From assembly GCA_965203805.1 (NCBI GenBank), contig OZ241917.1:1216001-1280000 (forward strand): DNA of 64,000 nucleotides. The letters are read 5' to 3'. Below, in pieces: positions 41,173 to 51,544 of the stretch. Source of the DNA: Candidatus Latescibacterota bacterium (lineage in GTDB: Bacteria > Latescibacterota > UBA2968 > GCA-2709665). The notes beneath the pieces are model-generated. The model saw nothing but the letters and a program-made list of their open reading frames with translations, was not told the origin of the DNA and did no database searches. A program made the position numbers and the translations under genes. The number at the start of each line of letters is the position of its first letter. The first letter of the stretch is position 1.

Positions 41173-42969
41173 TCAATCCCCCACCTTTATCCGAAGGCTC
41201 GATGTGCCCTTGAGAAACAGATCGACGTCCTGTTGCGCGGAAACAGTCCCCACGGGGACCTGGTCCTGAGGAGGAAACACGTCTCCGGGCTCGGATCCGG
41301 GCGGCGTAAAGTCAACCGGACCCGTTTCTTCAAGTGGCGTTACATAACTCAACCTGGCCATCAGCAGGACATTCTGGTCCGCTTGATTCAGCCGTGCGAA
41401 AACATCGTCGATCGTCTCCTCGTCAGGTTCATCATCAACCGGTTCTCCACGTCCAATGGACCTCAACACGGGGGAGTCATCCTGCAATGCCGCGACGGAA
41501 CCTGCAATGAGTTGGTAGACGCCGGCCGGAAACGTATCCGGCACGCTGAGCGTCAGCGCGATTTTCCGGTCGCTCCGCCGCCCCACGCGCAACGATACGT
41601 TAACGGCCAGCCTGTCCCCTGGACTGACGACGGTGTCCGCGGCGACGTCCATCACCTTGGCAAAACGAGGCTCGGAGATCACTTCGATGTGAACCTCGGC
41701 CTCCCGTACCCGCAAGGCGTAATCGTCCCTGTCCATAAGCCCGATGAGTGTGAAGAACAAATCTCCCTGGGCAGTCTCAACCAAAGAGGTGAGCCCTCCT
41801 CCGAGCGAGGCGTTCAGCCGGGAAAAAGCAAGCGTCGAATCGGTGCCGACAAAGGAAATATCCGTGGTAACGCGGATACTGTGATCCGGCTCATTGTCGA
41901 CCCGACTGGACAAAGGAGCAAAAAACGCACTGGCGACGAGATCGCTCGAGATACGTGGAGCGACACCAATGGCGGGCATCCTGTGCGCAAGCTCGACAAG
42001 GTCCCCCGATGGAAACGTATACACGCTCTTGATCGGTACCAATTCCGGGCCGTCATCGAGCACGCCGCGAACCGCTAGCCGGCGGTCCTCCGTCAGTGTG
42101 CCCCGCACCGTCGGGTTCAGCGTCGCGAACTTGTACGGCGCTCTCAAATTGGAGATTTCTCCGAGCACCCGCGCTTCGATTATTGGAAGCGCCACCGGAC
42201 CCACTCCCAACATGGGATGCCCGAAACCATATATTCGATCGCCGTCAACGTAGGATATGGTTCCCAAGGAGCTGATGGTAAGCTCGCCCAGCAGCAAACC
42301 AACCGCCAGCGGCCTTCCGGGCGCAAAGCTTTCCTGGCGCTGCCGCGTCAACCCGGCGGCCACCGCCTCGCTCAGGAGGGACGAATCCCCTCCAGGCGGC
42401 GGCATACGATTGAACCCCGTGCTCAGCAAGGGGATATCCAGGGGGACGATACGGCGCCCCCGCAAAGTGGCCGCGCGTTTGGCCACCGGCGCCGTTCCCT
42501 TGGAGCCGATGACCCATTCCATCGGCGTGGCAAAGAAGTAGTACGGCGGACTGTCCTGGGAATCAAATCCATAAGCGATGGCGCCCCAGGCGCCCTGCTC
42601 GGTGAAAACCGGCGAACCGCTCATACCCTTGGCAATCCCCCCGAGCTGTATCAAAACCGGGTCGGAGGCTTCCACCATGTAGACCGGCATAGGCGGCAGG
42701 AAATCATCGACTACCTGGATGAACTTCATTTTCAGGTCCACGAGTTCGCCATTGGCGAATTCGGTGCGCAGGAACACCGGCGTGCCCACTGGCCTGGACC
42801 GGACCGAGTCGATCGATACGACCCTGGAGAGATCCCATGGTTGCAACTCTCCACCTGGTTCCGGCTCTTGCGGAGCGAGTGGAGGATCACGATCGTCCCC
42901 ACAGGACCACAGAACGAGAAACACGAAGGGAAAAAGCGCGGAGCGAATCGACGTAATCGTGAGTTGCAT
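41173..42969 (-). CDS. SpoIVB peptidase S55-domain lipoprotein
   Basis: Lipobox-like LWSC; GIAKGMSGSPV...GAIAYG; GTISYVDG...GFGHP. Confidence 0.85.
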   Translation of the reverse strand: MQLTITSIRSALFPFVFLVLWSCGDDRDPPLAPQEPEPGGELQPWDLSRVVSIDSVRSRPVGTPVFLRTEFANGELVDLKMKFIQVVDDFLPPMPVYMVEASDPVLIQLGGIAKGMSGSPVFTEQGAWGAIAYGFDSQDSPPYYFFATPMEWVIGSKGTAPVAKRAATLRGRRIVPLDIPLLSTGFNRMPPPGGDSSLLSEAVAAGLTRQRQESFAPGRPLAVGLLLGELTISSLGTISYVDGDRIYGFGHPMLGVGPVALPIIEARVLGEISNLRAPYKFATLNPTVRGTLTEDRRLAVRGVLDDGPELVPIKSVYTFPSGDLVELAHRMPAIGVAPRISSDLVASAFFAPLSSRVDNEPDHSIRVTTDISFVGTDSTLAFSRLNASLGGGLTSLVETAQGDLFFTLIGLMDRDDYALRVREAEVHIEVISEPRFAKVMDVAADTVVSPGDRLAVNVSLRVGRRSDRKIALTLSVPDTFPAGVYQLIAGSVAALQDDSPVLRSIGRGEPVDDEPDEETIDDVFARLNQADQNVLLMARLSYVTPLEETGPVDFTPPGSEPGDVFPPQDQVPVGTVSAQQDVDLFLKGTSSLRIKVGD

Positions 42970-43113
42970 AGCGGTTCCCTTTCTCCCTCTCCTTTGTTCC
43001 TTAAGATTAATATAGGTCCGTATACTTCTCTTCGTATAACAGAAATATACGGACTTAATCGAAAAACACAAGACCGGCCCCGGGTTCGGTAACCCCCGGG
43101 CCCGGCGCGTGCC

Positions 43114-43171
43114 GTGACGTATGTCACATTTTTGCAAAAAACACTTGACAAAACAGACATCTGTCTGTTTT
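43114..43171. promoter_or_regulatory. Palindrome cluster and -35 box upstream of imuA
   Basis: GTGAC-N4-GTCAC (43114-43127), TTTTTGCAAAAA, TTGACA (43145-43150), AAAACAGACA-TC-TGTCTGTTTT (43150-43171). Confidence 0.7.
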
Positions 43172-43175
43172 TTGT

Positions 43176-43901
43176 TTGTGGACACTCCTTCAGGAGCATG
43201 CGGAACCGTTTTCACTCCCGGGAAAGGTCGGCCAGGTGCGGGGCGTATCGGGAAATATCAAACAAAAACGCTTTTCAGCCTTGCAGGACAACGGGTTGCA
43301 GCGCCTCCGGGCCGATCTGAACAGGATCAGGACCCGGACGAAAACGCCGTGCTGGTCGCTGGCGCAGTTGGCCGGGCGTCTTTGCGAACTCTCCTCCGAT
43401 TCGGGAGCCGGGCTGCTCACGGCTGCCTTCCGGCTGGTGCTGGACGCGCAGTTCGGGCATGAGCCGGCGGCCTGGATCACGGCCACGCCGGATACCTTTT
43501 TCGCCCCCGATGCAGCCGACAACGGCGTGGACCTGAATGCCCTCGTCGTCGTCCACGTGCCCGATGCGCAGTCCGCGGCGCGATCGGCGGACCGGCTCCT
43601 GAGGTCAGGCGCCTTCGGCCTGATAGTAATGGATCTGCACGCCGATCCCGCAATCCCGTTTCCGCTGCAGGCGCGCCTGGCCCATCTGGCGCGCGCCCAC
43701 GAAACCGCCCTGCTCTGCCTGACCTCAAAAGCCAGGGAGACGCCTTCGCTGGGACCGATGGTCTGTCTGCGAGGGCAATCCTCCTGCCAGCGCCTGGGGG
43801 TCGACCGCTTCCAATACGACATCGAAATTCTGAAGGACAGACGTCATGGACCGGGCTGGCGCCACACCGAAATCTGCCGCGGGCCGGACGGCCTGCATTA
43901 A
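43176..43901 (+). CDS. imuA: ImuA-like RecA-fold protein (start uncertain)
   Basis: WSL..LAGRL.ELS, GVDL..L.VV, LLRSGAFGLIVMD; first gene of the cassette. Confidence 0.82.
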   Translation: MWTLLQEHAEPFSLPGKVGQVRGVSGNIKQKRFSALQDNGLQRLRADLNRIRTRTKTPCWSLAQLAGRLCELSSDSGAGLLTAAFRLVLDAQFGHEPAAWITATPDTFFAPDAADNGVDLNALVVVHVPDAQSAARSADRLLRSGAFGLIVMDLHADPAIPFPLQARLAHLARAHETALLCLTSKARETPSLGPMVCLRGQSSCQRLGVDRFQYDIEILKDRRHGPGWRHTEICRGPDGLH

Positions 43902-45375
43902 TATCCGGGCGCTTCCGCTGCAACTCCTGCTGAGGAGACACCCGGAATGGAAGCGGAGGCCGGTCGCGGTGGTGGAAAAAGAGAATCCTCAGAGCCCCAT
44001 CCTCTGGGTGAACTCAGCGGCCGGGCGGGCCGGCATCCGCACGGGAATGCGCTATGCCTCGGCCCTTTCACTGGACCGGGACCTGTGCGCAGGAACGGTT
44101 TCCGAGAGGGAAATCCAGGCCGCGGTGCGACAGGTCCACCGGCTTCTGGACCGTTTCAGCCCCCGGATCGAGCCCTGCAACGACGAACCCGGGATTTTCT
44201 GGGTCGACGCCAGCGGACTCGACAAACTCCATGCTTCTCTTGAGGACTGGGCCATGCAGATCGACTCCCGCCTCTCCCGGCTGGCGCTGAAGGCCAGCAT
44301 CGTCGTCGGGTTCAGCCGTTTCGGCAGCTATGCCATCGCCAGGTCGGTGAACCGGGTGACCGTGTTTCCTTCCCCCGAGGTCGAGCAGGCGGAAAGCCGA
44401 ATGGTGCGGCTGCTGCATCTGCAAATCGACCCGAAGCTGCGCGACCGGCTCGAAAAACTGGCGGTTCACACCGTGAGCGATTTCCTGGCGCTTCCCTCGG
44501 GCGGCATCGCGCATCGCCTCGGCGAGCAGGCCTGGAGCCTCTACCGTTTTGCGTCGGGAACGCTGTCGCTGCCGATTCAATCCCGGAAGATCCCCGAGCC
44601 CCTCCGCGTCCGGATAGACCTGGACGAGCCCGAATCCAATGCCCAAAGACTCCTTTTCTGGATCCGGCGGCGGCTGGACCCCCTGTTGCGGGCCACGGCG
44701 GCAAGGTGCCAGGCGGTGGCGGCCCTGCACCTGCACCTGCTGCTGGAAGACGGAGACCGTCATCGCCGGCGCATCCAGCCGGCAAGGCCGACCCTGGAGG
44801 CGCCGGTCCTGCTGGACCTGCTCGGTTTGCACCTGGAAACGGTCTCTTTCCGCGCGCCTCCGGTGGAATTGGCCCTCGAGGCGGAGGGTGTGTTCGTCTC
44901 CGCCGAAACCCTGGACCTGCTGCAGCAGAATCCGCGCCGCAATCTCGAGGCGGCCCTGGATGCGCTGGCCCGTGTCCGCGCCGAGTTCGGCCCCGATTCC
45001 GTGCTGTCGGCCCGGCTCAAACCGGGGCACCTGCCGGAAGCCCGTTTCGAGTGGCAGCCCTTCAGGAAGCTTGCCGCAGCCAGTCCCCGCCCGGTCCCCG
45101 TGCGTCCCCTGGTGCGGCGCGTCCACGCCTGTCCCGGACTCCTGGAAGGGGCTTCCCTTTACCAGGCGAAAAACCGGAAGCCGCCGGGCGCCTGTCTGCG
45201 TGCGGACACGCACAGGCAGGCGGAGCACTCGCCGGGACACGCGATCAGCGGAGGATGGTGGCGCCGGGAGATCCGGAGAGACTACCGGTTCATCAACACC
45301 CGCCGGGGGGAACGCCTCTGGATCTATTACGACCAGCAGGCGCGCCGCTGGTACGCCCAGGGCCGCGTCGAGTGA
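43846..45375 (+). CDS. imuB: ImuB, Y-family polymerase homologue (likely catalytically inactive)
   Basis: A..AGI..GM, FSPRIE, WVDASG, C-terminal GGWW...RDY. Confidence 0.9.
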   Translation: MDRAGATPKSAAGRTACINIRALPLQLLLRRHPEWKRRPVAVVEKENPQSPILWVNSAAGRAGIRTGMRYASALSLDRDLCAGTVSEREIQAAVRQVHRLLDRFSPRIEPCNDEPGIFWVDASGLDKLHASLEDWAMQIDSRLSRLALKASIVVGFSRFGSYAIARSVNRVTVFPSPEVEQAESRMVRLLHLQIDPKLRDRLEKLAVHTVSDFLALPSGGIAHRLGEQAWSLYRFASGTLSLPIQSRKIPEPLRVRIDLDEPESNAQRLLFWIRRRLDPLLRATAARCQAVAALHLHLLLEDGDRHRRRIQPARPTLEAPVLLDLLGLHLETVSFRAPPVELALEAEGVFVSAETLDLLQQNPRRNLEAALDALARVRAEFGPDSVLSARLKPGHLPEARFEWQPFRKLAAASPRPVPVRPLVRRVHACPGLLEGASLYQAKNRKPPGACLRADTHRQAEHSPGHAISGGWWRREIRRDYRFINTRRGERLWIYYDQQARRWYAQGRVE

Positions 45376-48300
45376 CCAGACCCGCCTCCAACCCGCCGCC
45401 CTACGTGCCTCTCTGGTGCAAGAGCAACTATTCCTTTCTGGAAGGCGCCAGCCATCCCGAGGAACTGGTCGAGGCCTGCCGGCGGAACGGCCTTCCCGCC
45501 ATGGCCCTCACCGACCGGAACGGCGTGTACGGAATCGTCAGGGCCCACGTTCAGGCCCAACAGGCGGGCATACACCTGATCGCGGGATCGCAGATCGGCC
45601 TCCAGGACGGATCGGAAATCCTGCTGCTGGCCCGGAACCGGAAGGGTTACGGCAATCTCTGCCGCCTGCTGACCGACGGGCATCTGCGTTCGTCCAAAGG
45701 AACGTGTACGCCGGGTCTGGAGGACGTATGCCGCCGCAATCCCGGCCTGATCGCCCTGTGGACCGGCCGGGCCGGGCCGGAAGCGCCCGCGGAGGGCGGC
45801 CCGGAGCCCGTACTGGAACAGCTCAAAACGGCATTCGGAGACCGCCTGTACATCCTGTTGGCCAGGCACCGCCGGGCGGAGGAGGTCCTGCGGGAAATCC
45901 GGCTCCGGGAACTGGCGGACCGGTTCGGCCTTCCCACCGCGGCCGCCGTGGAGGTCCTCTATCATACCCCCGAACGACGGCGCCTGCAGGATGTCCTCAC
46001 CTGTATCCGGGAAGGCGTGACCCTGTCCACGGCGGGCCGGAACATCCGGCCGAACGACCAGCACGCTCTGAAGCGTCCGGACGATCTGGCCCGCCTCTTC
46101 ATGGACGATCCGGAGTCGGTCATGCGGACCCGGGAAATTGCCGACCGCTGCTCCTTCTCGCTCCAGGAACTGCGCTACCGCTATCCGCTGGAACGCGTGC
46201 CGGAGGGCAGGACTTCCATCCAGTACCTGCGCGACCGGACGTTCGAGGGCGCCGAGCGACGGATGGGTGAAAAGTTCCAGAGCCAGATTCCGCAACTGGA
46301 GAAGGAACTCGATCTGATCCAGGAACTGGAGTACGAAGGCTACTTCCTGACCATGTACGAGATCGTCGAGTACTGCCGCCGTGAAAATATCCTCTGCCAG
46401 GGCCGGGGGTCGGCCGCCAACTCGGCGGTCTGCTTCGCCCTGGGGATCACCAGCGTGGACCCGACCCAGGTGGAACTTCTCTTCGAACGCTTTCTGTCCA
46501 GGGAGAGGGCCGAGCCTCCGGATATCGACCTGGATATCGAACACAACCGCAGGGAAGAAGTGATCCAGCATATGTACGAAAAATACGGGCGCGACCGCGC
46601 CGCCATGGTAGCCAACGTGGTACGTTATCGGTACCGGTCCGCCATCCGGGAAGTGGGCAAGGCGCTGGAGATTTCGGCAACCGGCCTGGACCGCCTGGCC
46701 AAGCTGGTGTCCCATGAAAACTGGAGCGACGCCTTCATTGCGCAGGCCGGGCTCGATCCCCGGAACCCGGCCCTGCGCCATCTCGCTTCCCTGGTGGAAG
46801 AGATCCAGGATTTTCCCCGCCATCTCTCCATACATCCCGGCGGCTTTCTGCTGGGCCATCGTCCTGTCCACGAACTGGTGCCCATCGAGAACGCCACGAT
46901 GGACGGCAGAACGGTCATTCAATGGGACAAGGAGGACGTGGAGCAGGCCGGTCTGTTCAAGGTGGACCTGCTGGGACTGGGCGCCCTCACCCATCTGCAT
47001 CTCTGCTTCGATCTCCTGCGGCGGCACCGCCGGCAGAACCTGTCTCTGGCCACCCTTCCCCGGGACGACGCGGCGACCTTCGAAATGATCTGCCGCAGCG
47101 ATACCGTGGGGGTGTTTCAGATCGAAAGCCGGGCGCAGATGGCCATGCTGGGGCGACTCAAGCCGTGCAGCTATTACGACCTGGTGATCGAGATCAGCAT
47201 TGTGCGTCCCGGACCCATCACGGGCGGCATGGTGCATCCCTATCTGCGGCGGCGCAATGAGGACGAGGAAGTCGAATATCCCCATCCTTCCCTCGTTCCC
47301 GTTCTAAAAAAAACCATGGGCATCCCTCTGTTTCAAGAGCAGGTGATGCAACTGGCCATGGTTGCGGCCGACTACACCCCCGGCGAGGCCGACCAGCTCC
47401 GGCGAGACATGGCGGCTTGGCGGCGTTCCGGACGCATTGAGCGGCATCACCGCCGCCTCGTCACCCGCATGGTTAAAAAGGGCATCCAGCGGGAGTTTGC
47501 CGAGCGTGTTTTCCAGCAGATCCGCGGGTTCGGCGAATACGGCTTTCCCGAGAGCCATGCCGCCAGCTTTGCCCATATCGCCTATGCCACCGCCTATCTC
47601 AAATGCCACCGTCCGGCGGAGTTCGTCTGCGCCCTGCTGAACGCCCAGCCGATGGGGTTCTACTCTGCCGCCACCATCGTCAACGACGCCCGGATTCATG
47701 GGGTTGAGGTGCAACCGGTCAGCATTCTCGACAGCCACTGGGATTGCACGCTGGTCCGAATTGAGAGTGATCAAGGGAAATCCGCCGAGTTCGCGGTTCG
47801 CATGGGACTGCGCTACGTCGGAGAGTTGGGCGAAAGAGACTGGGAGAAGTTGGCGAAGGCCTCTCGGCAGACCCCCTTCCGCGATCTGCCGGACGTCGCC
47901 CGGCGCAGCGGGCTTCGCCAGGACAAGTTGGAAGCCCTGGCCGAGGCAGGCGCCTTCGAATGTTTCGGTATGGACCGCCGCAGTGCGCTCTGGCAGATCC
48001 ACGGGTTCGCAACCCAACAAAAGCCTGTGCTGCCATTGAGCAGCCGCGCCCCGCTGCCTCAGTTCCCCCCCCTGAGCGGGCTGGAGACCATCGTCTGGGA
48101 CCATCAGGCCAGCAGCCACAGCTCCCGGGGCCACCTCTTGAAACCGCTGCGTTCCGCGCTGGCTGCTCGGGGGCTACCCAATGCCCGCCAACTCAATCGG
48201 ATGCCGGACAGCCGCCGGGTCAGCTACGCGGGGATGGTCATTTGTCGCCAGCGCCCGGGAACCGCGAAAGGCGTCATCTTCATGACCCTGGAGGATGAGA

Positions 48301-48494
48301 CGGGTTTTGTGAACCTGGTTATCTGGGAAAGGACTTTCAAGCGCTATTCCCTGCTGGCCAAAACGCTTTCCTGCATGGGCGTGACCGGAAAACTGCAGGT
48401 GGGAGAGGGCGTCACCCACCTGGTGGTTGAAAAAATCTGGAAGCCGAAGCTGGATAACGGGTCGCTCCGCCTCAAGAGCCGGGATTTTCATTGA
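45372..48494 (+). CDS. dnaE2: Error-prone DNA polymerase DnaE2 (ImuC)
   Basis: GTGA overlap with imuB; SNYSFLEGAS, GRGSAANS, PPDIDLD, GFPESHAASF, QRPGTAKG..FMTLEDETG. Confidence 0.97.
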   Translation: MTRPASNPPPYVPLWCKSNYSFLEGASHPEELVEACRRNGLPAMALTDRNGVYGIVRAHVQAQQAGIHLIAGSQIGLQDGSEILLLARNRKGYGNLCRLLTDGHLRSSKGTCTPGLEDVCRRNPGLIALWTGRAGPEAPAEGGPEPVLEQLKTAFGDRLYILLARHRRAEEVLREIRLRELADRFGLPTAAAVEVLYHTPERRRLQDVLTCIREGVTLSTAGRNIRPNDQHALKRPDDLARLFMDDPESVMRTREIADRCSFSLQELRYRYPLERVPEGRTSIQYLRDRTFEGAERRMGEKFQSQIPQLEKELDLIQELEYEGYFLTMYEIVEYCRRENILCQGRGSAANSAVCFALGITSVDPTQVELLFERFLSRERAEPPDIDLDIEHNRREEVIQHMYEKYGRDRAAMVANVVRYRYRSAIREVGKALEISATGLDRLAKLVSHENWSDAFIAQAGLDPRNPALRHLASLVEEIQDFPRHLSIHPGGFLLGHRPVHELVPIENATMDGRTVIQWDKEDVEQAGLFKVDLLGLGALTHLHLCFDLLRRHRRQNLSLATLPRDDAATFEMICRSDTVGVFQIESRAQMAMLGRLKPCSYYDLVIEISIVRPGPITGGMVHPYLRRRNEDEEVEYPHPSLVPVLKKTMGIPLFQEQVMQLAMVAADYTPGEADQLRRDMAAWRRSGRIERHHRRLVTRMVKKGIQREFAERVFQQIRGFGEYGFPESHAASFAHIAYATAYLKCHRPAEFVCALLNAQPMGFYSAATIVNDARIHGVEVQPVSILDSHWDCTLVRIESDQGKSAEFAVRMGLRYVGELGERDWEKLAKASRQTPFRDLPDVARRSGLRQDKLEALAEAGAFECFGMDRRSALWQIHGFATQQKPVLPLSSRAPLPQFPPLSGLETIVWDHQASSHSSRGHLLKPLRSALAARGLPNARQLNRMPDSRRVSYAGMVICRQRPGTAKGVIFMTLEDETGFVNLVIWERTFKRYSLLAKTLSCMGVTGKLQVGEGVTHLVVEKIWKPKLDNGSLRLKSRDFH

Positions 48495-48830
48495 CCGGAT
48501 GTGCGGCAAGCGCCGCGGACGATGCTGCCTACGCCGCCGCCCTCCCCACTGTGGAGCACGCCCCCCTCGTGACGGCTACGAGTTGACGCAGGATCCGGAC
48601 TTCACCGACCCCGGCGGCATCATCGGTGCTTGCTCTACCTCAAGGAGAAGACCACGGCTTCGTTGGTTTCCGAACGTTGCGCTACGGACCCACCATCGTT
48701 ATATTGAGGAGAACAGGAAGCCGAATACATTGGCCCCTTTCTACGGCGGGAATCAGGGTGAAACTCGACGGTAGGCCATTTGATAAACCCTGGAACCGAC
48801 CCGTGCTTCCAAACGCTCAGGGCAGCCCGT

Positions 48831-49763
48831 ATGGCCGAATTTGACACTATTTCCAAACACCTGATGCACACCCATCCCCTGGACTTTGTCCGTTTCAGCC
48901 TGGATCAGGACGACGTAGAGGTCGTCGAAATCCTTGACACTGAGCAACCCACCGTCGAAACGCGCCGCACCGACAGCCTGATCCGCGTGCACATCGGCGG
49001 CGAGGAGGCGTTGGTCCATCACGAATTTCAAACGACGGACAGCACGCATCCGCCGATGCCGCGCCGCATGGCCGGGTATATCGGCCGCGGCCTTGAACTG
49101 CACGGCCTGCCGATCTATTCCCATGTCATCTACCTACGGCCCGATGCGGGGCGGGCTGATCCGGGACACTACCTGCAAGATCGGACCGGCTACCGGGTGG
49201 TAGTGCAATACAGGGTAATTCGGCTTATTGAGATCGACGGTGAACGCATCTTCCGCATGGGACATACGGGCTTGCTGCCTTTTGCGCCTTTGATGCGGCC
49301 GCCAGCGGAGATGGCCCCAGCGGCGTGGTTGCGTCAGTGTATTCACGCCGCCGCCGAGCTACCGCTGGCTCGGTCTGTCAAGGCCGATTTTCTCGCTGGT
49401 CTAACGCTGTTGAGCGGGTTGGTTTACGACTCGGAAACCATTCGGAATCTTAGTTTTCAGGAGGGCATCATGGACATCGTGCGCGAGTCATCCTTTGCTC
49501 AATACCTTACCAAGCAAGGCATTGAGCAGGGTATTGAACAGGGCATTGAGCAGGGTATCCGGGAAAGCATCCTGGAAGTATTGGCGCTTCGCTTTGATGT
49601 GGACGCGGCGCAGCAGTTGGCCGCCAGGATTGGGGCCATTGACGAAGTGCCCCGGCTAAAGCAATTGCATCGGGCGGCGATACAGGCGTCCAGTCTGCCG
49701 GCGTTTCGGGACCTGTTAGAGGCTACCGACGGCAACGAAGGGCCGACCAGGAACCAGCCTTGA
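48831..49763 (+). CDS. Rpn/YhgA-like recombination-promoting nuclease
   Basis: RTDSL...HEFQT...MPRRM..Y PD-(D/E)XK-like core; C-terminal QGIE x4 repeat (49515-49559). Confidence 0.85.
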   Translation: MAEFDTISKHLMHTHPLDFVRFSLDQDDVEVVEILDTEQPTVETRRTDSLIRVHIGGEEALVHHEFQTTDSTHPPMPRRMAGYIGRGLELHGLPIYSHVIYLRPDAGRADPGHYLQDRTGYRVVVQYRVIRLIEIDGERIFRMGHTGLLPFAPLMRPPAEMAPAAWLRQCIHAAAELPLARSVKADFLAGLTLLSGLVYDSETIRNLSFQEGIMDIVRESSFAQYLTKQGIEQGIEQGIEQGIRESILEVLALRFDVDAAQQLAARIGAIDEVPRLKQLHRAAIQASSLPAFRDLLEATDGNEGPTRNQP

Positions 49764-50095
49764 TTCGTCGTATTTCGGCAAGGTCATTTTAGATTTTCCC
49801 GGAAGAACAAAGGCGATTTTCCGGCACAATTCAGTGATTCTAGAGGTCACCGAACGTGACCAGAGAAACGGTGTAACCTGACCGGATTATTTCCACATTT
49901 CACGCGGCATGACTAACAGTCCGTTGCTTGTATTTGACGAACCAAGGCCAGCCTGCTTATTCGGCGGATTATATGTTGCCTGATTGTGGACGCAACATCT
50001 GAGCAGACGTCGAGCAGATGTCGATCACCGCCGATCGTGGCAACGCGAGCGGGCAGATTGTGAGCATGTTCGCTCCCACCTGAAAGGCGGACTCT

Positions 50096-51543
50096 ATGGG
50101 AATAACCGATACTAAAGATGCCGAAAGGCAAAAGCCGCAGCCGGCAACGTTTGAATTCAAAAATATCGGACCCGTCAAGGATGCCGAATTGGAATTGGGA
50201 GATCTTACCATCATCGCGGGCCGAAACAATACCGGCAAGACTTACATAGCATACACATTATACGGGTTCCTGAAAATGTTCGAGGAATGGCCGGAACTTG
50301 TAGACGACGCAGACCTCGATTCGGGGACACCTCACTATATCAAGGAAATGCTCGCCAAAAAAATGCGGGAAATCGTCCGGGCTGAACATACGGTTGACCG
50401 GGAATTGCGACATGAAATGCGTTCGGAGTTGATGCGCGAAATGACTCAGGCATTCTCGGGGCCCCGTCTGCCTGACGTGTTCAGTTCGCCACGAAGTGCT
50501 TTCCAGGGCGCTGCACTTGACGTCAGACTCGGCGCCGATTTTTCCAGGGATGAGCGACGTTTCGAAACAACCGTGTCCGACGGCACAGTACTTTCGCTGA
50601 AATACGACGGACGAAATGTCACCCTTCATACGAAACAGGGTAAGCAGCGACACAGTCGGTTCGAGATTAACGAAGCTCTTTCGTCTCTTTATCTTCAGTT
50701 TCTGTTTCCTGAACTTCCGTCCAATACGTTTATACTGTCAGCGGAGCGTTTTGGTATTTCACTTTTCTACAGGGAACTCGACTTTACCAAAAACCAATTG
50801 GTCGATGTACTGAAAAAATGGGCGACGACAAGACATTGGGCAGGAGTTCGAGGTTCATGTTCATCGACGGTGCCACCAGCCGGTACGCACTTCCAATAAA
50901 ACACAATATCGACTACACCAGGAGCATTCCGGATATAAAATCAAAGGATGGCAGTCTTCACGCCCATCGATTTGCAGACGAAATAAAGGACATGATGGGC
51001 GGCTACTACCGGGCGTCCGGAGACGAGATACGATTCATCTCAAAGGCTCGAGGAAAGGGACGGAGCTTCAATATTCCCTTGCACATCGCTTCCTCGTCTG
51101 CACGAGGCTTATCGGACTTTTACTTTTTCCTGCGTCATGTTGCAAGCAGCGGCCACCTTCTTATCATTGACGAGCCGGAAAGCCATCTTGACACTGCCAA
51201 CCAGATACTTCTGGCGCGATTGTTGGCACGATTCGTACGCGCTGGTTTGAAAGTGCTCATCACGACCCACAGCGACTATTTGATCAAGGAAATCAACAAT
51301 CTGGTCATGTTAAACAGCACGTTCGCGGAGAAAGAATCGGTTGTAAAAAAACTAAAGTATCGATCGGACGATGCACTGGAACCGGAATCAATTCGAGCAT
51401 ACGTCGCTGAGAACAATGGGCTTACGAAGTGTGACGTTGATGAATTCGGCATCGATATGCCGGTTTTCGATCAAACCATCGACGAGATAAACAAGGTCGC
51501 AAACGAACTGGCATCTCGACTTTCGGATGACTCGGAGGGTTGA
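50096..51543 (+). pseudogene. ABC/AAA_15-like ATPase split by a frameshift in an A6 run (50813-50818)
   Basis: ORF1 has KNIGP and Walker A GRNNTGKT; ORF2 has signature-like ASSS, Walker B IDEPESH and H-loop TTHS; one extra A joins them. Confidence 0.85.
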
Positions 51544-51544
51544 A

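Noticed and set aside
44706-45371. 222-aa N-terminal extension of DnaE2
   Set aside because: Overlaps imuB and is low-complexity; the GTG at 45372 gives the usual coupled start
48560-48780. Fragment reading DGYELTQDPDFTDP, possibly a surface-protein remnant
   Set aside because: Too short and interrupted to support a call
49770-50095. Retron msr-msd upstream of the ATPase pair
   Set aside because: No reverse transcriptase nearby and no long flanking inverted repeats
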